Positions 35,531 through 49,700 are shown, counted from the first letter of the whole stretch. The stretch: DNA of 64,000 nucleotides, filler included, from Licmophora abbreviata (GCA_900291995.1; 17 parts of 17 records of this genome joined end to end with filler, not necessarily neighbours in it), one strand, 5' to 3'. The notes: generated by a model from the letters alone, not told the origin. Numbers and translations are program-made.

Positions 35531-37385
35531 GGCCTTGACGGCCCAATGTTTGCAAACCTTGTGCAGTTTGATTGAAACGAATCCACACGCACTGGAACGA
35601 CTTGTTGTTGTTGTTGGTGGTGGTGATGGTGTGCTACCCCATTCCTCTTCTCACCGACCAAATACAAAAGACAGTCCACTACTATCACTGCTCTTGGGAT
35701 TGCTTGTTCTTGGACGGGATGCGTTGGATTCGCGTGCGGCCACACTGGAAGACTCTACAGACGTCCGTGACGCCGTGACTCTCACTGTGCGTACACTTCA
35801 TTCGGCACTCGATGACAATATGGAACTCTTGGAACCTTTTCTTGCCCACTACTACTCTCAGCCTACTACAACAGACACTACGACATCAATTGCATGGGAG
35901 TGGCTCTTGCAGCAGGCATGCTCTCATGCAACCTTGCCATTGGCAGCTCGCTTGCATGCCGCGGGAGTCTTGGTAACGGTGCGGCAGTTAGTAGTGATGA
36001 TGGAAGAAAACTCCTGGTTGGAGCGTCTCAACGAACAAGTCACGACGACTGCCATTCCACTGTTGAAGGAATCGTGCGACTTTGATCAGCGCAATGGAAG
36101 CATTTCGTCGTCGCTGGAGACGTATGCAGTGGCCCATGCGCAGTACTCGTTGGAACAGTTGGACAATCAACTGGAGCGAGATGTTATTCGAACTGTGAAT
36201 GATCGTAAGGAACCGGCAAGGTTGATTGCGCAAAGGCAGAAACTATTCAAGGAACAAAAAGAAAAGGAGGAAGCTACTGGCGCTGCTACTACCAGGAACG
36301 AAGAAAAGGAGATTGGTAGCCACGATGACGAAGACAGCGTCATGAAGGAAGAGCCTGCTCTCAGCTCGGATCGAGTTGACCCACAGGAAGCCATGGAGCG
36401 TGCGAGACAATCATGGAGTGAGTCGTTGCTTCCGCTGCAGCTGGCGTTGGAAATTACAGCAAATTTGACGAGCAGTGCAGCTGCTCTTGGTGAGGAGCAT
36501 GCTGATCAGGAGGATGTCATGATGAATGCTGAGGACGACATGATGGAATGGGGACCGGAGCAAGAAGCTGCGCTTATGGCGCAGGGACGGGAGAGTGGTA
36601 CTGCCATGATGCCAGACGTCGCACCAAGCGATGCAGCTCTCATGGATGCCGTCGTGACAAGCGAACTCCCGGATTGCGTCTTGGGTTGTCTCAACGCAGT
36701 GTTTACTCCCATTCAACTTGAACGCGATTCGCCCATTCCACCTGACGCTTTGGAAGACTTGGACGAGATTCGGTCCAAGTGCGCGGCCTGTCTTGGAAAC
36801 TGTCTCAGCTGTCTATCATCGTGGCGAGTCAATGACGTTGATGTCGTATGGAAGGAGTTACGGGCAGCCAAGGAGCAGCTCTCTTCGGGAAACAGCCAGT
36901 TTGACGCCGAGGAAGCCCTGTCCAATGCCATGATGCTTGCAATCCAATCGCGACCAGATCTACGGCAGCAGATGCAAGCTGACGACCTGGAGTTCTTGTT
37001 GACGTGGTTGGCATCAAGTTCGTCTCAGAACAGGGTTCAGCGTGATGTGGTTTCCATGGTTGGTGTCCTGTGCAGCCAAGAAGAGCACCCGGCCGACGTG
37101 AATCGACGTGTGTGCAATGCATTGCTGACCTCTTTGAAGACTTCCAAATCAGCCGCTGTGACGAGCGAAGTACTCAACTCTCTCATTGACATGTACGGAA
37201 ATGACGATCACACGGATGTATTTGATTCCTTGCAGGTGTTAGGACACTTTCAAAGAAGCGTCCCTGTCCTGCGATCACAGATTCAGACGGAACGGAGGAC
37301 CGCATCGGAGGAAGAATTGGAGCAGTGGCGAGAAACGGCATTGAATGCATCGAGGTTCATTAGCTACAAGAAAGGGCAGTCATAA
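34962..37385 (+). CDS. HEAT/ARM-repeat protein, HEATR3/Syo1-like (ribosomal protein import adaptor)
   Basis: Basic N-terminus MGKQKQRRR, helical repeats, acidic loops, LALEITANL, and C-terminal EVLNSLIDMYGNDD...NASRFISYK. Confidence 0.65.
35031..35060 (+). repeat. (AAC)10 coding microsatellite (polyN)
   Basis: 30-nt perfect repeat, in frame. Confidence 0.95.
35442..35528 (+). repeat. Perfect (CAA)29 coding microsatellite (polyQ)
   Basis: 87 nt of uninterrupted CAA, in frame. Confidence 0.97.
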
Positions 37386-37815
37386 GTATGACTTAATTTC
37401 GAAGGGTCTCGATAGGTTGCGGAAGCCTAATGGAGCTCTATCTTTCGTGAGATTTCATGCGCGGGTGTCACGGCTAGCTGGACATGATGAGTGAGTCTCG
37501 CACCATGCCGACAAGAACTTGATATGGATCAAATTCAGCAGGATCAGGATACACGCACCCACGATCAATAAAATTTTCCATTTCCGACGGAGAGCGCCGG
37601 GCGATCACAAGACGAAAACTCAGATCGGAACTTGAAGCATTGCAGTGATTCCGTCTGCAAGGCTAACCATGTCGCCATGCTCTTCCAGCCTTGCAGAGGA
37701 TGAGTGGATCCCAACTATTTGCGCTGATGCCACTTGAGGTTCGAATTAACTAGAGTCACAATCTCAAATTAATTTAAACAGTACACCAGTAGAGTAGCGA
37801 AAGGACATGCCCTTC

Positions 37816-38768
37816 TCATTCCCTGTACCGCTTGTATACTTGGCACATCTCGGTGCTCGATTTCGCTTCAGCAGTCAGCCGCCTCCTTGACATTGCAAGA
37901 TTCGTAACGGTACCAGTAATCGTGGCCAGAGTGTTGAAGGTTGCCTGTTCTCCTTCCAGTTCCATCGTCAACGATGCTTGGACGGTGTTAATCTCACCCC
38001 AGGTCTTGTCTAGACCATCTAGGGTGACGGGACCGTACGAGAAACCTGTCGGCCCGGAAAGAATGGAGTCCTTGTCGTATCCTGGAACAGCTACGCCATT
38101 CTTTGTCAAACTAAAGTCGACGACAGTCCCTTGAACTGGATTGGCCGTCAGGACGTCGACAAGGGCATCTGTAGATGTAACTTTCTGAGGATCATTATCG
38201 CTGTCGATCATCCACAAACCATTGTTGACTNNNNNNNNNNNNNNNNNNNNNNNNNNNNNNNNNNNNNNNNNNNNTTAATTAATTAANNNNNNNNNNNNNN
38301 NNNNNNNNNNNNNNNNNNNNNNNNNNNNNNGCGTGGATCCTACGTGCGTTGTAATAAGATAGTTTTTACATTTTCGTGAGTGCACGGTCCGGCAGATTCG
38401 TGCCAAAAGTACTTTGATGCTGGCGACGGTTACGCAGATTCCCATCAGCTTACCTCCTCGTAGTCAATGATTGGGTCATAGTGCGTCTCCCAGTAGCCAT
38501 AAAAGGATTCTGGAACGGTTACCGTTCCGACCACACAAGCCAACGCGCGACGTCCGGTCGTGTATACTACATGACGAATGGTTCCGGGTCCGAGGCGAAG
38601 CATGGAGAGTGCAGTGAGTGCAGCGAATGCTAAGAGCGCTCCCGAGAGACGAGCCTGCGAGCGACGGCGAATCTTCCTTCTCTCCTCTCGTCTTCGGGAT
38701 TCCGCGTGGTCCTCATGGTACAAACTGAGGCGAGAACGTTCGTGTCGGTGTCGTCGGGTGGCGGTCAT
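37816..38768 (-). CDS. Unknown membrane-anchored or secreted protein, probably one gene split by an intron and a gap
   Basis: The 5' part (MTATRRHR...) has one TM helix, RRAL and a GTAAGC donor after YEE. The part after the gap is beta-rich with RRRL. The true 3' end is uncertain. Confidence 0.5.
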
Positions 38769-39314
38769 GGTGCATTCGTAGTTTGCGTTGTGAGGGAGCT
38801 TTGAGTGCGTTGCCACAGTCTTTCGGCCGAAAAAAGTGACCCAGAAAGGCATTATGACGCTCCGTAAAGTCTTTTAGGCCCATGGGACATCTCGTCGGAT
38901 AAAACACCTTATACCAATTTTTCAACAAAAGGTCATTGGAACTGGCGTATTTATTAAACGGACATCGCTCGGAGCGGGATTGAGTCATCCTTCAGCTGTG
39001 ACAGTACAGATGAGTTCTCAAGAACATGATTTGATACTTTTCTTCCAGTACCATAGAGTACGTTGGGCCGGATGTACGACCCAAGTGGAGCAGGTACAGT
39101 CGATAGGAATCCGGAGTTTTGCGGAAACTTGAACTTGATATTCAAAGCGCGCGACCGCCCAGCCGTCGACCGTTCAGTTTGATTTCTGTGTGAATGGCGA
39201 ACGAACGAAAACACCATGAGAATTCTTCACCGGCCCTAGCTTCGATCTTTCGTCTTGTTCCATCAATCTTTCTTCCTTTGGAACCCCGCTTATAGGTCTA
39301 CTTTCCATTGCACG

Positions 39315-40121
39315 ATGCTCGAAACTGATATTCAAGACATTCCAGATGCTGTAATTCAGTCTCAAATTATGCTACTTCTCGGTCCCAAGTATCTGCTGAA
39401 TTCGATCGGCTCGACATCGCGACATTATCGGTCGCTTGCGCAGTCCAACGCCGTCTGGAACGAATTTTGTGCGTGGCATGACAGAACTCATTCTCAGGTG
39501 TTCACTAGGATTGTCGAAAAGTGTAATATCAGTTCTGCGGATACTGAAATCCAAGAGGATGTCTTGGACGTTGCGAGGCGATGGTTCGAGGGCTTTGAAG
39601 CTTCCAACACTACTACCGAACCATCCTCCTTCAATAGGTACAAGTTTCTCTGTGACGGTTCCTTCTGGATCAACGAAACTATTGAATGCCGGGTCTGCAA
39701 TGAAGGAGACTTCGTGGAAGAACGAGACAATGCCATCAAGTACTGTATTGTTCCATCCTGCGGGTACAGCGTTTGTCCATTTCACTTCATTGCACAGCTG
39801 CAACGTGACGACCGACCGGTGCGAACCTGTGACTGGTGTAAAGTACCTGCCTGTCAGTCGTGTGGGTGGTCTATGCTGGTGTGCTGCGATCTTTGTACAA
39901 AATCAGCGTGCTTGGACTGTCAGAAAATTGTCGGAATGAGGGGGCAGCAGTACTACGTGAGCACGGACGCAGCATCGGGTGCTTCTGCGGGCAATCCACT
40001 GCAGGGCGACGCGATGACACTACTGTGTGAGCAATGTGCCAGGGACCATCCAGGTGCAGAAGTCTTAACGCCAAGGGATGAAGCAGGGGCAGAGCAACCG
40101 ACTGACAATAGTACTACGTAG
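39315..40121 (+). CDS. F-box-like protein with a Cys-rich (Zn-binding) C-terminal region
   Basis: IQDIPDAVI..IMLLL...L..IGSTSRHYRSLA....VW (F-box pattern), followed by many CxxC pairs. Confidence 0.7.
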   Translation: MLETDIQDIPDAVIQSQIMLLLGPKYLLNSIGSTSRHYRSLAQSNAVWNEFCAWHDRTHSQVFTRIVEKCNISSADTEIQEDVLDVARRWFEGFEASNTTTEPSSFNRYKFLCDGSFWINETIECRVCNEGDFVEERDNAIKYCIVPSCGYSVCPFHFIAQLQRDDRPVRTCDWCKVPACQSCGWSMLVCCDLCTKSACLDCQKIVGMRGQQYYVSTDAASGASAGNPLQGDAMTLLCEQCARDHPGAEVLTPRDEAGAEQPTDNSTT

Positions 40122-40189
40122 CACAGAGTATCTATTTTCAAGTTTCATTCCACTAAGACGGTGTCATTTTTGGAAAAAGGGAAGATCGT

Positions 40190-41664
40190 TTACTCCACTC
40201 GTCGTCGAATTTCTACAGTAGGGTCTCGAATCGGCTGACTCACACCAATTCCCTGCATTGCCGGGTTAATACCAGGTCTCGTCTCTCCCTCCACCAGTCG
40301 CATGTCAAAGCTTTCCATCAACATGGCCAAAAACAGTCGCGCCTCGTACGATATAAACTTGCGGCCCGGACACAAGTGGCTTCCTCCCCCAAACGCCACA
40401 ACAGGAAAGTACGGAAGTTTCGTTCCGTCTTTGTAAGTGTACGTCTTAGCCTGGTCCACGAAACGATCGTACTGCCACTTGTAGGGGTCTTCAAAGACAG
40501 ACCCGTCTGTGTGTAAAATGCCCCAGAATGGCATGAGTTTTGTGCCCTGTTCCAGATAGTACTTGCCCGAGTCTGTTTCGACTGTGAAGCCCTGTTTGAC
40601 TTTACGAGCCATAAAGTTGGCTTGGTACACCCGCAGTGACTCCCAAAAGGCCGACTCCAGCAGCGTCAATTTGTCAAGGTCCTCCAACGTGTACGAGTCC
40701 GACTGGCGACTCGCTGTCATCTCCAGCACCTGCGATTGACATGCCTTCCATGCTGTTTCATCTTCCATCAATCGCAACAACGTCCAAAAGACAGCGGGGG
40801 CCGAATTTCCAACTGACGCCCACAAGACACCGAGGTTGGACTTGTCTAAGGCGCCAGGGGACACTGGCAGTGTCTTGCGACGTGTGTTCATCAATTCCGA
40901 CGCCTTTGTCCAGTACTCTTCTGACTTGAGCTGACGCAGCAAGGTATCTCGCGCCTGTTTAGCCCGCCGTGTAAAAATCCCTGGAAGGTCATTGAACATC
41001 ATAATAACTCCCTGATCAAAAGCACGAAAGGCTTGCAGCGCCTCATCGTTCGCGACCGCACCACTCAGCAGTGGACCCACCGAAGCCTTGAAGATGGCAC
41101 TGACGACCATCTGAAACAGCTCGTGCTGTGTCCAGCCTTCCTCGTCGCAGAGAGTAGGAACCAAGTCGATGAAAAACGCTTGTACCTTGCTCATGTTGTT
41201 GTTGAGCTCTGCCCGTTGAAAGAGATATTGGTGGACCGATGACTTGCCAATGGCCATAACTTCCGGACGAAACGTCTCATCAAGTTCCGATGGAGTTGTA
41301 CTCAGCACATTGTTCGTAAAATCCTTTTGGAGAGATTCGGTGTCCAGGAACTTTTGATGGCTCGCCTTGAAGACGACAGAATGCAGGTACTTGGGGTCGG
41401 CAAAGAATACACATTTGTCTCCAAGTATCGTGGCTGAAAAGAAGGGCGTGTCGTTCAGCTTCCTTGACTGCTTTCGAATGAATCATTGATGCCGGCTCCC
41501 ATGTCAATGGCGGAGCCGACGTAAGGAAGAAACGACCAAACATGCGGTGGCAGTGTCGAACCTGGAGGCGGTTTACTCGACCGGTGGCTTGTGGAGCGAA
41601 AAAGGATGAACGCAAGTGCTGAGGAAGCAAGCAGGGTCACCAGGACGACTTCAGGGGAGTCCAT
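40190..41664 (-). CDS. Cytochrome P450, CYP7/CYP8/CYP39-like; apparent 1-nt frameshift at ~41481
   Basis: N-terminal TM + PP hinge + LPYVGSA; I-helix WASVGNSAPA; ESLR; YDRF; heme motif FGGGSHLCPG. One extra T gives INDFIRKQSRKLNDTPFF and joins the frames. Confidence 0.9.
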
Positions 41665-42138
41665 TGAGTCTAGGGGGAGCTTGTTGCTCTCTCTTGCGGA
41701 TTGCTAGTGGCAGATACTGCGCCGTTCGAGATCCGCCATGTGCTCGACCACTCTGCTATTTGTGAGGATGAGGTGGCGCCGATGTACGTATCAAACAGAT
41801 CGCGCCGGCTTTTGGCGCGCATGTCATGCTCGCGATCGGGCTTCCGTACCACCCGGGTCGGACTTGACTCACTAGACTGACTACGATATAGTCCACGGTA
41901 TCTCATGTCACGCCAAAGATGATCCATGCTCGATCATGACAGTGGCTTTGCATGCTCGTTCGGCTCTGGCTTCTGCCATGGCCACGATTTTCTGCTACTA
42001 GCCACCCGCAAGGGACCTAGCTAAAGTACAATTCAATTTGAAGCTTAGAAGCAATCGTGTCGTCGTCAAACGTCAATTAATCGCGTCGGCGGTACTTATC
42101 ATAGCTAGCTACGCTTTTAACTTGCGAGCTGCACAAAC

Positions 42139-43129
42139 TCAGGGCAGATAGGGTGTAGCAACCTTGGTTGGTGGATGCTGGACTGTTTGTGTTGAAGACA
42201 CGGCAGAAGAACGAGGCACCGTGGTCGACGTGGCCACGTCGACATTGGCGGAAGAAGTCTGCTGCAGAAGCTTCTTTTCTCGTTCTGCCAAGGCCTTGAC
42301 GAGCTTCCGCATCTTGGCACGTTCTCGTTCGATGCCCTGCTGCGCTTTCTTGCGCTCCGCCGCAAGTTTTTTGTCGGCCCGTGTCAGGACGCGATCCTTG
42401 GCTTCCTTCACCTTTTGATCAATCTCTTTCATGGCTTCATCGCGCGCTTCTTCCGCTGCTTCCTTGACTCGTTGCTCCATTAACAATTGGAGTTCTCTTA
42501 GCTGCGCTTCAGATTGCTGTGCGAGCGACTGCTGCAGCTGAGCCAGATCGCGTTTGTACTGACTCTGTTNNNNNNNNNNNNNNNNNNNNNNNNNNNNNNN
42601 NNNNNNNNNNNNNTTAATTAATTAANNNNNNNNNNNNNNNNNNNNNNNNNNNNNNNNNNNNNNNNNNNNTCTGTCTCTCCACGGACAAGTTCCGTTCATC
42701 GTTCAGTAGTTGCTCGAGCTGCTTGGTCTTCTTGCCTTCTTCTTCCATAAGCGATTCAGCTCTCTGAAGTAGCTCATGAAGCTTGGAAATTTGACTCTGA
42801 AGTGAAGTCAGCTTGACCCGCAGACTCTCTTCGATGGTTTTGCTTGCACGCGTGCCTTTCGCCGTGGCCTTGCGACGGGATGATGAGTTTAGCTTGAGCA
42901 ATTTCCGAAGCTGAGCTGATTCCTCTCTGGCAGCGCGTAGCTGGCGTTCCAGTACCTGCGTTTGCTCTTCCAAAGTTTGACCATACGATTTCTCAGCATG
43001 GCGGTTCCTGCTGCTTGGCATGGAGAGCCCCAAGAATTTGGAACGACGACCTAGCAGGCACGAAGCATTCTCGACAAACGAAAGCCCCAAGAGTAGAACA
43101 AGAACGACACGAAGAGTTAGCCCCCTCAT
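42139..43129 (-). CDS. Coiled-coil protein with a predicted signal peptide, split by a gap
   Basis: MRGLTLRVVLVLLLGLSFVENASC, then E/K/Q/L heptad-rich sequence on both sides of spacer 42570-42669. Confidence 0.65.
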
Positions 43130-43738
43130 TATGGATAAATATACAGACCCCGTCCCAAGATCCCAAGAAACCCCACAGATCACAAGATTTGCCCCCAGAA
43201 CATTGCGTTGGGTGGCTCGTTCGTTACTGAACCAGTGACGCCTGTCGCCTGCCCGAACTTCCAGCAAACACGCAAAAGCACCCGTGGCATAAAATCAATG
43301 TTGACGCTCCGTAAAAGAAGATACCGTCTGTCGGCTCACAGACCTTGCATTAGATAGACACATGAACCCAAATGTACTACCAGTACTACAGAATTACTTA
43401 TTGATGATCTAAGGGCAATTCTCGACCTATATGTGACTCGACTTCTTCGACTCTTTAAAAAATTCGAAATGTCTGACAACTCAAAGGTTCGGCATGAAGA
43501 TAATAAAATACCTATGAAAAACAACAATCATGTGGGAAATGACCTTACTCTAGACAATTTTGTACAACGTGGAACAATAAATATGCGTTGTACAGGATCT
43601 GCCGTTGAGATTTTTATTCCAAGAAGGCCCTGGGCATTTTCATTGTTGCTGTTCATATGGGCGGTCGTGCCCTTCAATTTTACAACTTATAGTCCTACTA
43701 GTAGAGTGTAAACTCTGTCATCTCCGTCAACCACAGAG

Positions 43739-46700
43739 ATGAGCCGCTTCGATGGAGAGATTCATCGCTTGTGCGAAGAAGCGAGGTGGAAGGATCTCAG
43801 GGATTTACTTCTGTCGATTTTGAAGTTGACGCCGTCTCTCAACGGCACTGCCGCGACGACTCCATCCAGTTCGAAACGTAGCGGTGACGATAGTGCTCCC
43901 TCCTCGCTCAAGCGATGGACTCTTGACGCACTTCAAGAAGCTCTAGTGACGCGTCAGGGGCCTCAACAGTGGACACCTTTGATGATTGGGTGTGTTCGAG
44001 CACCTCTTGAAGTACTGGCATTGCTCTGCCATGCGAGTCATAAGTCGTGTCTCTTGACCGACAAAAGTGGATGCCTCCCATTGCACCTGGTGGCTCGGTT
44101 GAGAAGAGATCTTGAAGCCCCGTCTGCTATACAGATACTGCTCGAGTGTGCTCCGTCGAGTGTGACGGTCGTCAACGCATGGGGTCAAACTCCGCTGCAT
44201 GTCGCTTTGGATGCAGGGCCAGACAGTCAATACATTGAGCCGGAACTGGATACTGTCGAAATCTTGCTGAAATGCGCAAACGGAGCCTTGGCGATACCAG
44301 ATGCGCAACACAGACTGCCCTTGCATCTTGCTGTGGCCACTCCATGCGTCACTGCAGCCACGCCTCGTATCATCCAACTTCTAGTGAACCATTGCGAGGA
44401 AGCATGTTTTGTGACGGATGCACAAGGCAACCTACCGGCTCACATCATGCACAAACGAGTGGAGCAGGGACAGGTTCAATACGAAGAGCAAGATGATGTT
44501 GTTACATGTATGCAAACACTCTTATCACCTCTTGCGGATCACTCCGACAATTCCAACTCCACCGTTTCATTCGCCATGCAAAAATCACCCACGTCTTGGT
44601 CACAGTTGCACCGCATGACCAATGACTACTCCCGAGAGCATGTCATGAACGGCGAAGAACAGGACTCTATCCCCATAGCAGCGAGTCCTAGCCCTGCCAA
44701 GATGGCATGTCGAGAGGGAGGCAGTCAGGATGTACTTCCGATCCACATGGCGGCGCACTATGGAGTGTCACCAAAGGTCATGGAAGGTCTGAGTCAACAG
44801 TATCCCGAAGGAGCCTCGGCGTGCGTAAAGTGGCAATTTTTGCTGGAAGATGAAAATGACTGTTACGATGAAATCGACAACGCAGACGCCATGGGAATGG
44901 AAAACTTGGCAACGAGCACCCTTGTTCAGCATTCCGGGCATGGAAGCATTATTTTGGAACACGGCACCGACTTCAAAGGATCAAAGCCAAGTAGACTGGA
45001 GGACTTGGAGGCAGTAGTTACCATCGACAGTTACAGCAATGAGGCGTTGTCCAATGGTGAAGACGAGCATAACATGGGAATGTATACGGATCTACCGCAG
45101 ATCTCTGAGGAGCAGTCGGGCGCTAGCGTGACTTCTTCCTCGCGACGCGAGCATGCAGAAAGATACAGACGGCTCGACCAGAGAACTCGAAATGACCTTC
45201 ATGGGAGTGATAGTAGTCGGTCGGATGAAATTGTGTATCGAACGGCCAGTGTAGTGGAGATCTTTGAGTGCGGATGGGCGAGGCAACGGGCCTTGGCGGC
45301 TGCGAACAATACGACTACTACTGGCACGCAACACACCCTTAACTCGTTCCTGGAATGCGCAGATATCTTATTTGCCTACAATATTGATGCTCTGGATTCC
45401 TCTTCAAGAGAGCAAAACATGGAACAGGAGAGGCGGTGGACGCGGCAGGAGAATAGAATTCGACGCCAAGCGCAAGCTCGAAACAGTTCGCTACCTGACT
45501 CGGTTGTTCGCGCGTGGTCTTATCTTGCTACAGCCCGAGACTCAAAGAAAGCAATGCATAGCATTGGAAACATTCTGAGTGGGCTCGGGCCGTCAAGTGT
45601 CTGGCGCCTCACTGTTGTTCCTCGAAATGGCGAGGAGTGCTACATTTCCATTGAAGCCACTGGTCGAACAGTCGCGGAGGAGGCAGAAATGAGAACCCCC
45701 AACGTGGTTATGAGCGCCATGATAGATCAGTATTGGTTTCAGCATCGTTTGACGAACTTCTTGACACCCACGGACGCACTCAGTTACTCGTCTACATGCC
45801 GCCAATGTCGTGCTTCCGGAGTACGGCTGCTCCCTCAAGTTCCTCTTCGAGTTACTGAGGCCTCGTGGGACAAGTCCACTGCTGCAGATTCTTCGGAGCT
45901 ATCGCCGCCGAAGCCATGGCAAAGGCTCGATGTATTGGTGACTCCAGATTATGCACACACCGTGTTTGTTTCTTACTATGTGGACTGTCATTTTGACGCT
46001 GAGGCCCAAGACAAGGACGCCCATGCGTTCGGAGGTTTGATGGTAGTCCGGGACGACCACCGCCGACTCAGACCGAACAAGAGCGAGCCATGGGGTGATG
46101 CCGTCGTGGCGTACAGCGTCTCGGAGCCCGTGAATGGATCGCTTGTCCGATTGTCATTCCCACATGTTCCTGGGAGAACCTATGGTCTCTGGCATTACAG
46201 CTATGGTGGTCCAGGAAGCGTTCTGACCGTATCTGATGTGCGAGTCCGCCAACTTCTACACTCGTGCGATCCCAGTGGGCGATCCCCGCTGCATATGCTG
46301 CTCAATAGCATGGTGGATCACTCCCCCAGCCCACGATTGAATACACACGTGTCAATGTTACTCGCGGCGAAGTTTGGATCCGAAGACTCTATTGNNNNNN
46401 NNNNNNNNNNNNNNNNNNNNNNNNNNNNNNNNNNNNNNTTAATTAATTAANNNNNNNNNNNNNNNNNNNNNNNNNNNNNNNNNNNNNNNNNNNNGCCACT
46501 CCACTTTGCGCTTCGATGTGGCGTCAACGAGGAAGTCTTGCAGGCAATTATCACGACAAGTCCGTGGGCGTTGGTGGACGTAGACAAGCAGGGTCGCACT
46601 CCTATTCATGCCGCATTTTTGCTAGCAGAAGAAGCGCCTCCAGCCCTAGGTATTATCAGAGCATTGCTTACGCCACCTGGCGAGAACGCAATCAAGTTAA

Positions 46701-49700
46701 AAGACTCAGCTGGCAGACTTCCTATACATATCGGAGCAGAACGTGGAGCTGGAGAAGCCGTTCTCCGGTTGCTCGTGGACGCATACAAAGATGGGTGTTA
46801 TCGCACCAACAGTGATGGTGATCTTCCGGTTCACCTACTGCTGAAGAGTGGAACTGCAAACACAACTTCTATCGAACTCTTGCTTCGTCCGATCGCGGAA
46901 AACGAGAGTATTTGTCGCGTTGGAGGATCCACTGGTAAGAATTTGCCCCTTCATATCGCCGCGGAATATGGGTGCTCGTACAAAGTGCTGGAAAAGCTGT
47001 TGCAAACGTGCGGTGATGCGGCAGCTTTCGCAAGACCGGAAGGAGAGGGCAAGAATGAGCGAAAGATGTATGCATTAGACATTTTTGAACAAAGACGTGC
47101 AGCTCTGTGCCGAAACGAACAAGGCTACTTCTCGATTGGTCCAGGACACACTTCTCAATCAAATCGTGCGCAACAGGCTGCCCAACTGGATGTGGTTCAG
47201 GCGGACTTCGATTTGAGATCTGATCTAATCTTCGCATACAATCCATTTCTTATCAATCCAAAGACCGGACTGCCCTACCGAAAGGATGCTGGTCGTATTC
47301 GGCGTCTAGAAACCATGATTCGAAGGGAGGCAGAGCAATGCGGAGAAAATCGAAAGGTCAATCGCAGAGCCGATCTCTCGGACATGGCCAAACAGGCATG
47401 GGTCTTCCTCTGCTCCTTCGACAATGCTGACGATTCGTCGGACAACTACGCTGGCACCGTGCGGAGAATTCTCAGGGGGCTACCCGCTGGGGCAGTCGAT
47501 GTTCTAGCGCACGTTAAGAATCCAAAATCACTTCCCACCCCAAATGAATTCATCAAGGACTGTGCTACTCAAGTATGCTCAGTTCTAATTATGAGCCGCT
47601 TGCGCTTCGTTGGCCGATATGCTCTTCACGACGAGCTCCACCCCGTTCACAAATCCGAGACTTGCTTAGTCATGCGAGCTACCGATCATGGAGCCGCAGA
47701 CGAGTACAAGCGCATTATTTCTATCTATAAAGCACAGGAGCAGACGGTAGAAGATGACATTTCAGACGCAGGAGATACGGTCGACTTCCACCAACAAGGC
47801 GAGGGACCGATGAAACCAACGGTAGTCACCATGGCAAGGTTTCTCAAGTTTGCAGACCTACTGGGCATCACAATCGAGGTCGCCCGGGACGAGATTCTCA
47901 AACTGTCGGAGCCGGCCACGAGATGCTCCTTAGCCGCACCTGATACTGCATCGGTGACGAGCGAGGATGACAGAGCTGTTCTAGGCAGAGAGAGTCTGGA
48001 CACTGAGAGCGACGATGTGGAGATTAGCAAGGAAGCTTTCACATCATTCTGTAGACTCAACAAGCTTGACGAACAAAGCGGAGAGAGAATGGTGGTCCTT
48101 AAGTTTATGAAGCTTCCTGCTCAATTCCAACGCGAGAAGGAAGTGCGAGCTCAACTCAACTATCTGGGGCGTGTTTGGACGGTCGTGCCTATTCTCGATG
48201 ATTATAACGTCGATCGCATCGCCAAATCTCGCAGGAGAGATATCGACGATATGCTTTCGCTCCGAGAAGATCAGGAAGGTGAGGCGATGAGTGCCGTACC
48301 TGAAAGCAAGGATGAACTCTATGCACTGGACATCCTGGAAAAGAACGCGTCAGTCCACAACTTTGCTCTTTATAAATACACCATCGTGATGCCAGCGGGT
48401 GACCGTGACCTGGCCGAGATCAGTCAGCACGAAGAGCTCGGCATCCTGCAGATCCGGCAGTACATGCTCCAAGTCGGCAACGCGCTAAAGAGTTTACACA
48501 CTCACCGTAAGTTCGTTTGCTCTATATTGATGCTTGTATTTACACCAGAGGCCTCACACGTTTTGAATGTTGCCCAATTGCAAAGTTGTCATCCATGGCG
48601 ATCTCAAAATGGCAAACGTTGTCAGATTCGGGAAAAGCTTGGCTCTTATTGATTTTGACAGTACATGTAGATTCGAACCGATCGACAAAAGTGTTGTTGA
48701 ATATATGGGAGCTGGTTCTTCCAAGTTCTGCACAGGCACTCTCCCACCTGAAATGATTGCTCGGATAGACCTTCTTTCCGACTTCAAGAAGTTGATCAAT
48801 TACGAAGATAGCTGGAGAAAAGTGTCGGAAGATGCCAAGGATCTTATGGTGCTGACGCCCGATGACATTCAGACAATCTCAAATGTTGTCAAGTCTATGG
48901 TTGCCAAAGCCGATGTTGCCCGAAACCTCGGCGCCACGCAGCAGTCACGGACGCTTCGAGAGGAGATACAAGACCCGAATCTTGGACTGGAGAATCAGGA
49001 GGACTGGAAAGATATCCTATCAATGGCTCTGATCACTCTCTCCTTCGACGATCTGCCATTTTCTCTCAGCGACTGTCGCACAGTTGATGAATTCGCTTGC
49101 GTCTGGAACCGTCTACTTTTTCACAAGACTATTTGGGAGAAAGTGCGCCCTCGCATCTGTGCTGATGAACGATACGCCTACGTCATCAAGACGTACAATG
49201 ACCTTGTCGACGATTCGGGCAGAGCAAGTAGTCTAGACCCTACACAACTGCCTTATGCCCGTGTCAAGCCATCAGAGACCATTGATGTTTGGGGCTTCGG
49301 GCTTCTCATGTATGCACTCTGCAGCGGGGGCAGTCTTTTCCGAGTGGATTTTTGTGGCAATCTACTTGAGACACATGACCTTGCTCGACTGTACTCTTGG
49401 GATAGGACCAAGGCGGAAACTATGGTTCGATCTAAGGTAGATGATCCACTCGCGCAAGACCTGCTCCTGCGTATTTTGGTACCTCAAGAAGATCGACTTC
49501 CCGACATGGAGGCGGTCTTGACCCACGCCTTTTTTCGGCATCGTCCGACCTCGAAGCGCAAAAGATCCTCGAAAAGCACGAGGAAGATCAACTTATCAAG
49601 GAAGAAACTGTAACTATCCACAGGATGACCACGGCAGCCAAGCGAAAGACAGAAACCTGCATGGAGCGGCAATGCAAGATTCTCTTTGACGTGGACAAGG

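Noticed and set aside
49527..49540. Programmed -1 frameshift at GCC TTT TTT CGG in the ankyrin-kinase
   Set aside because: Not a canonical X XXY YYZ heptamer in the zero frame, and similar homopolymer indels occur throughout the window.
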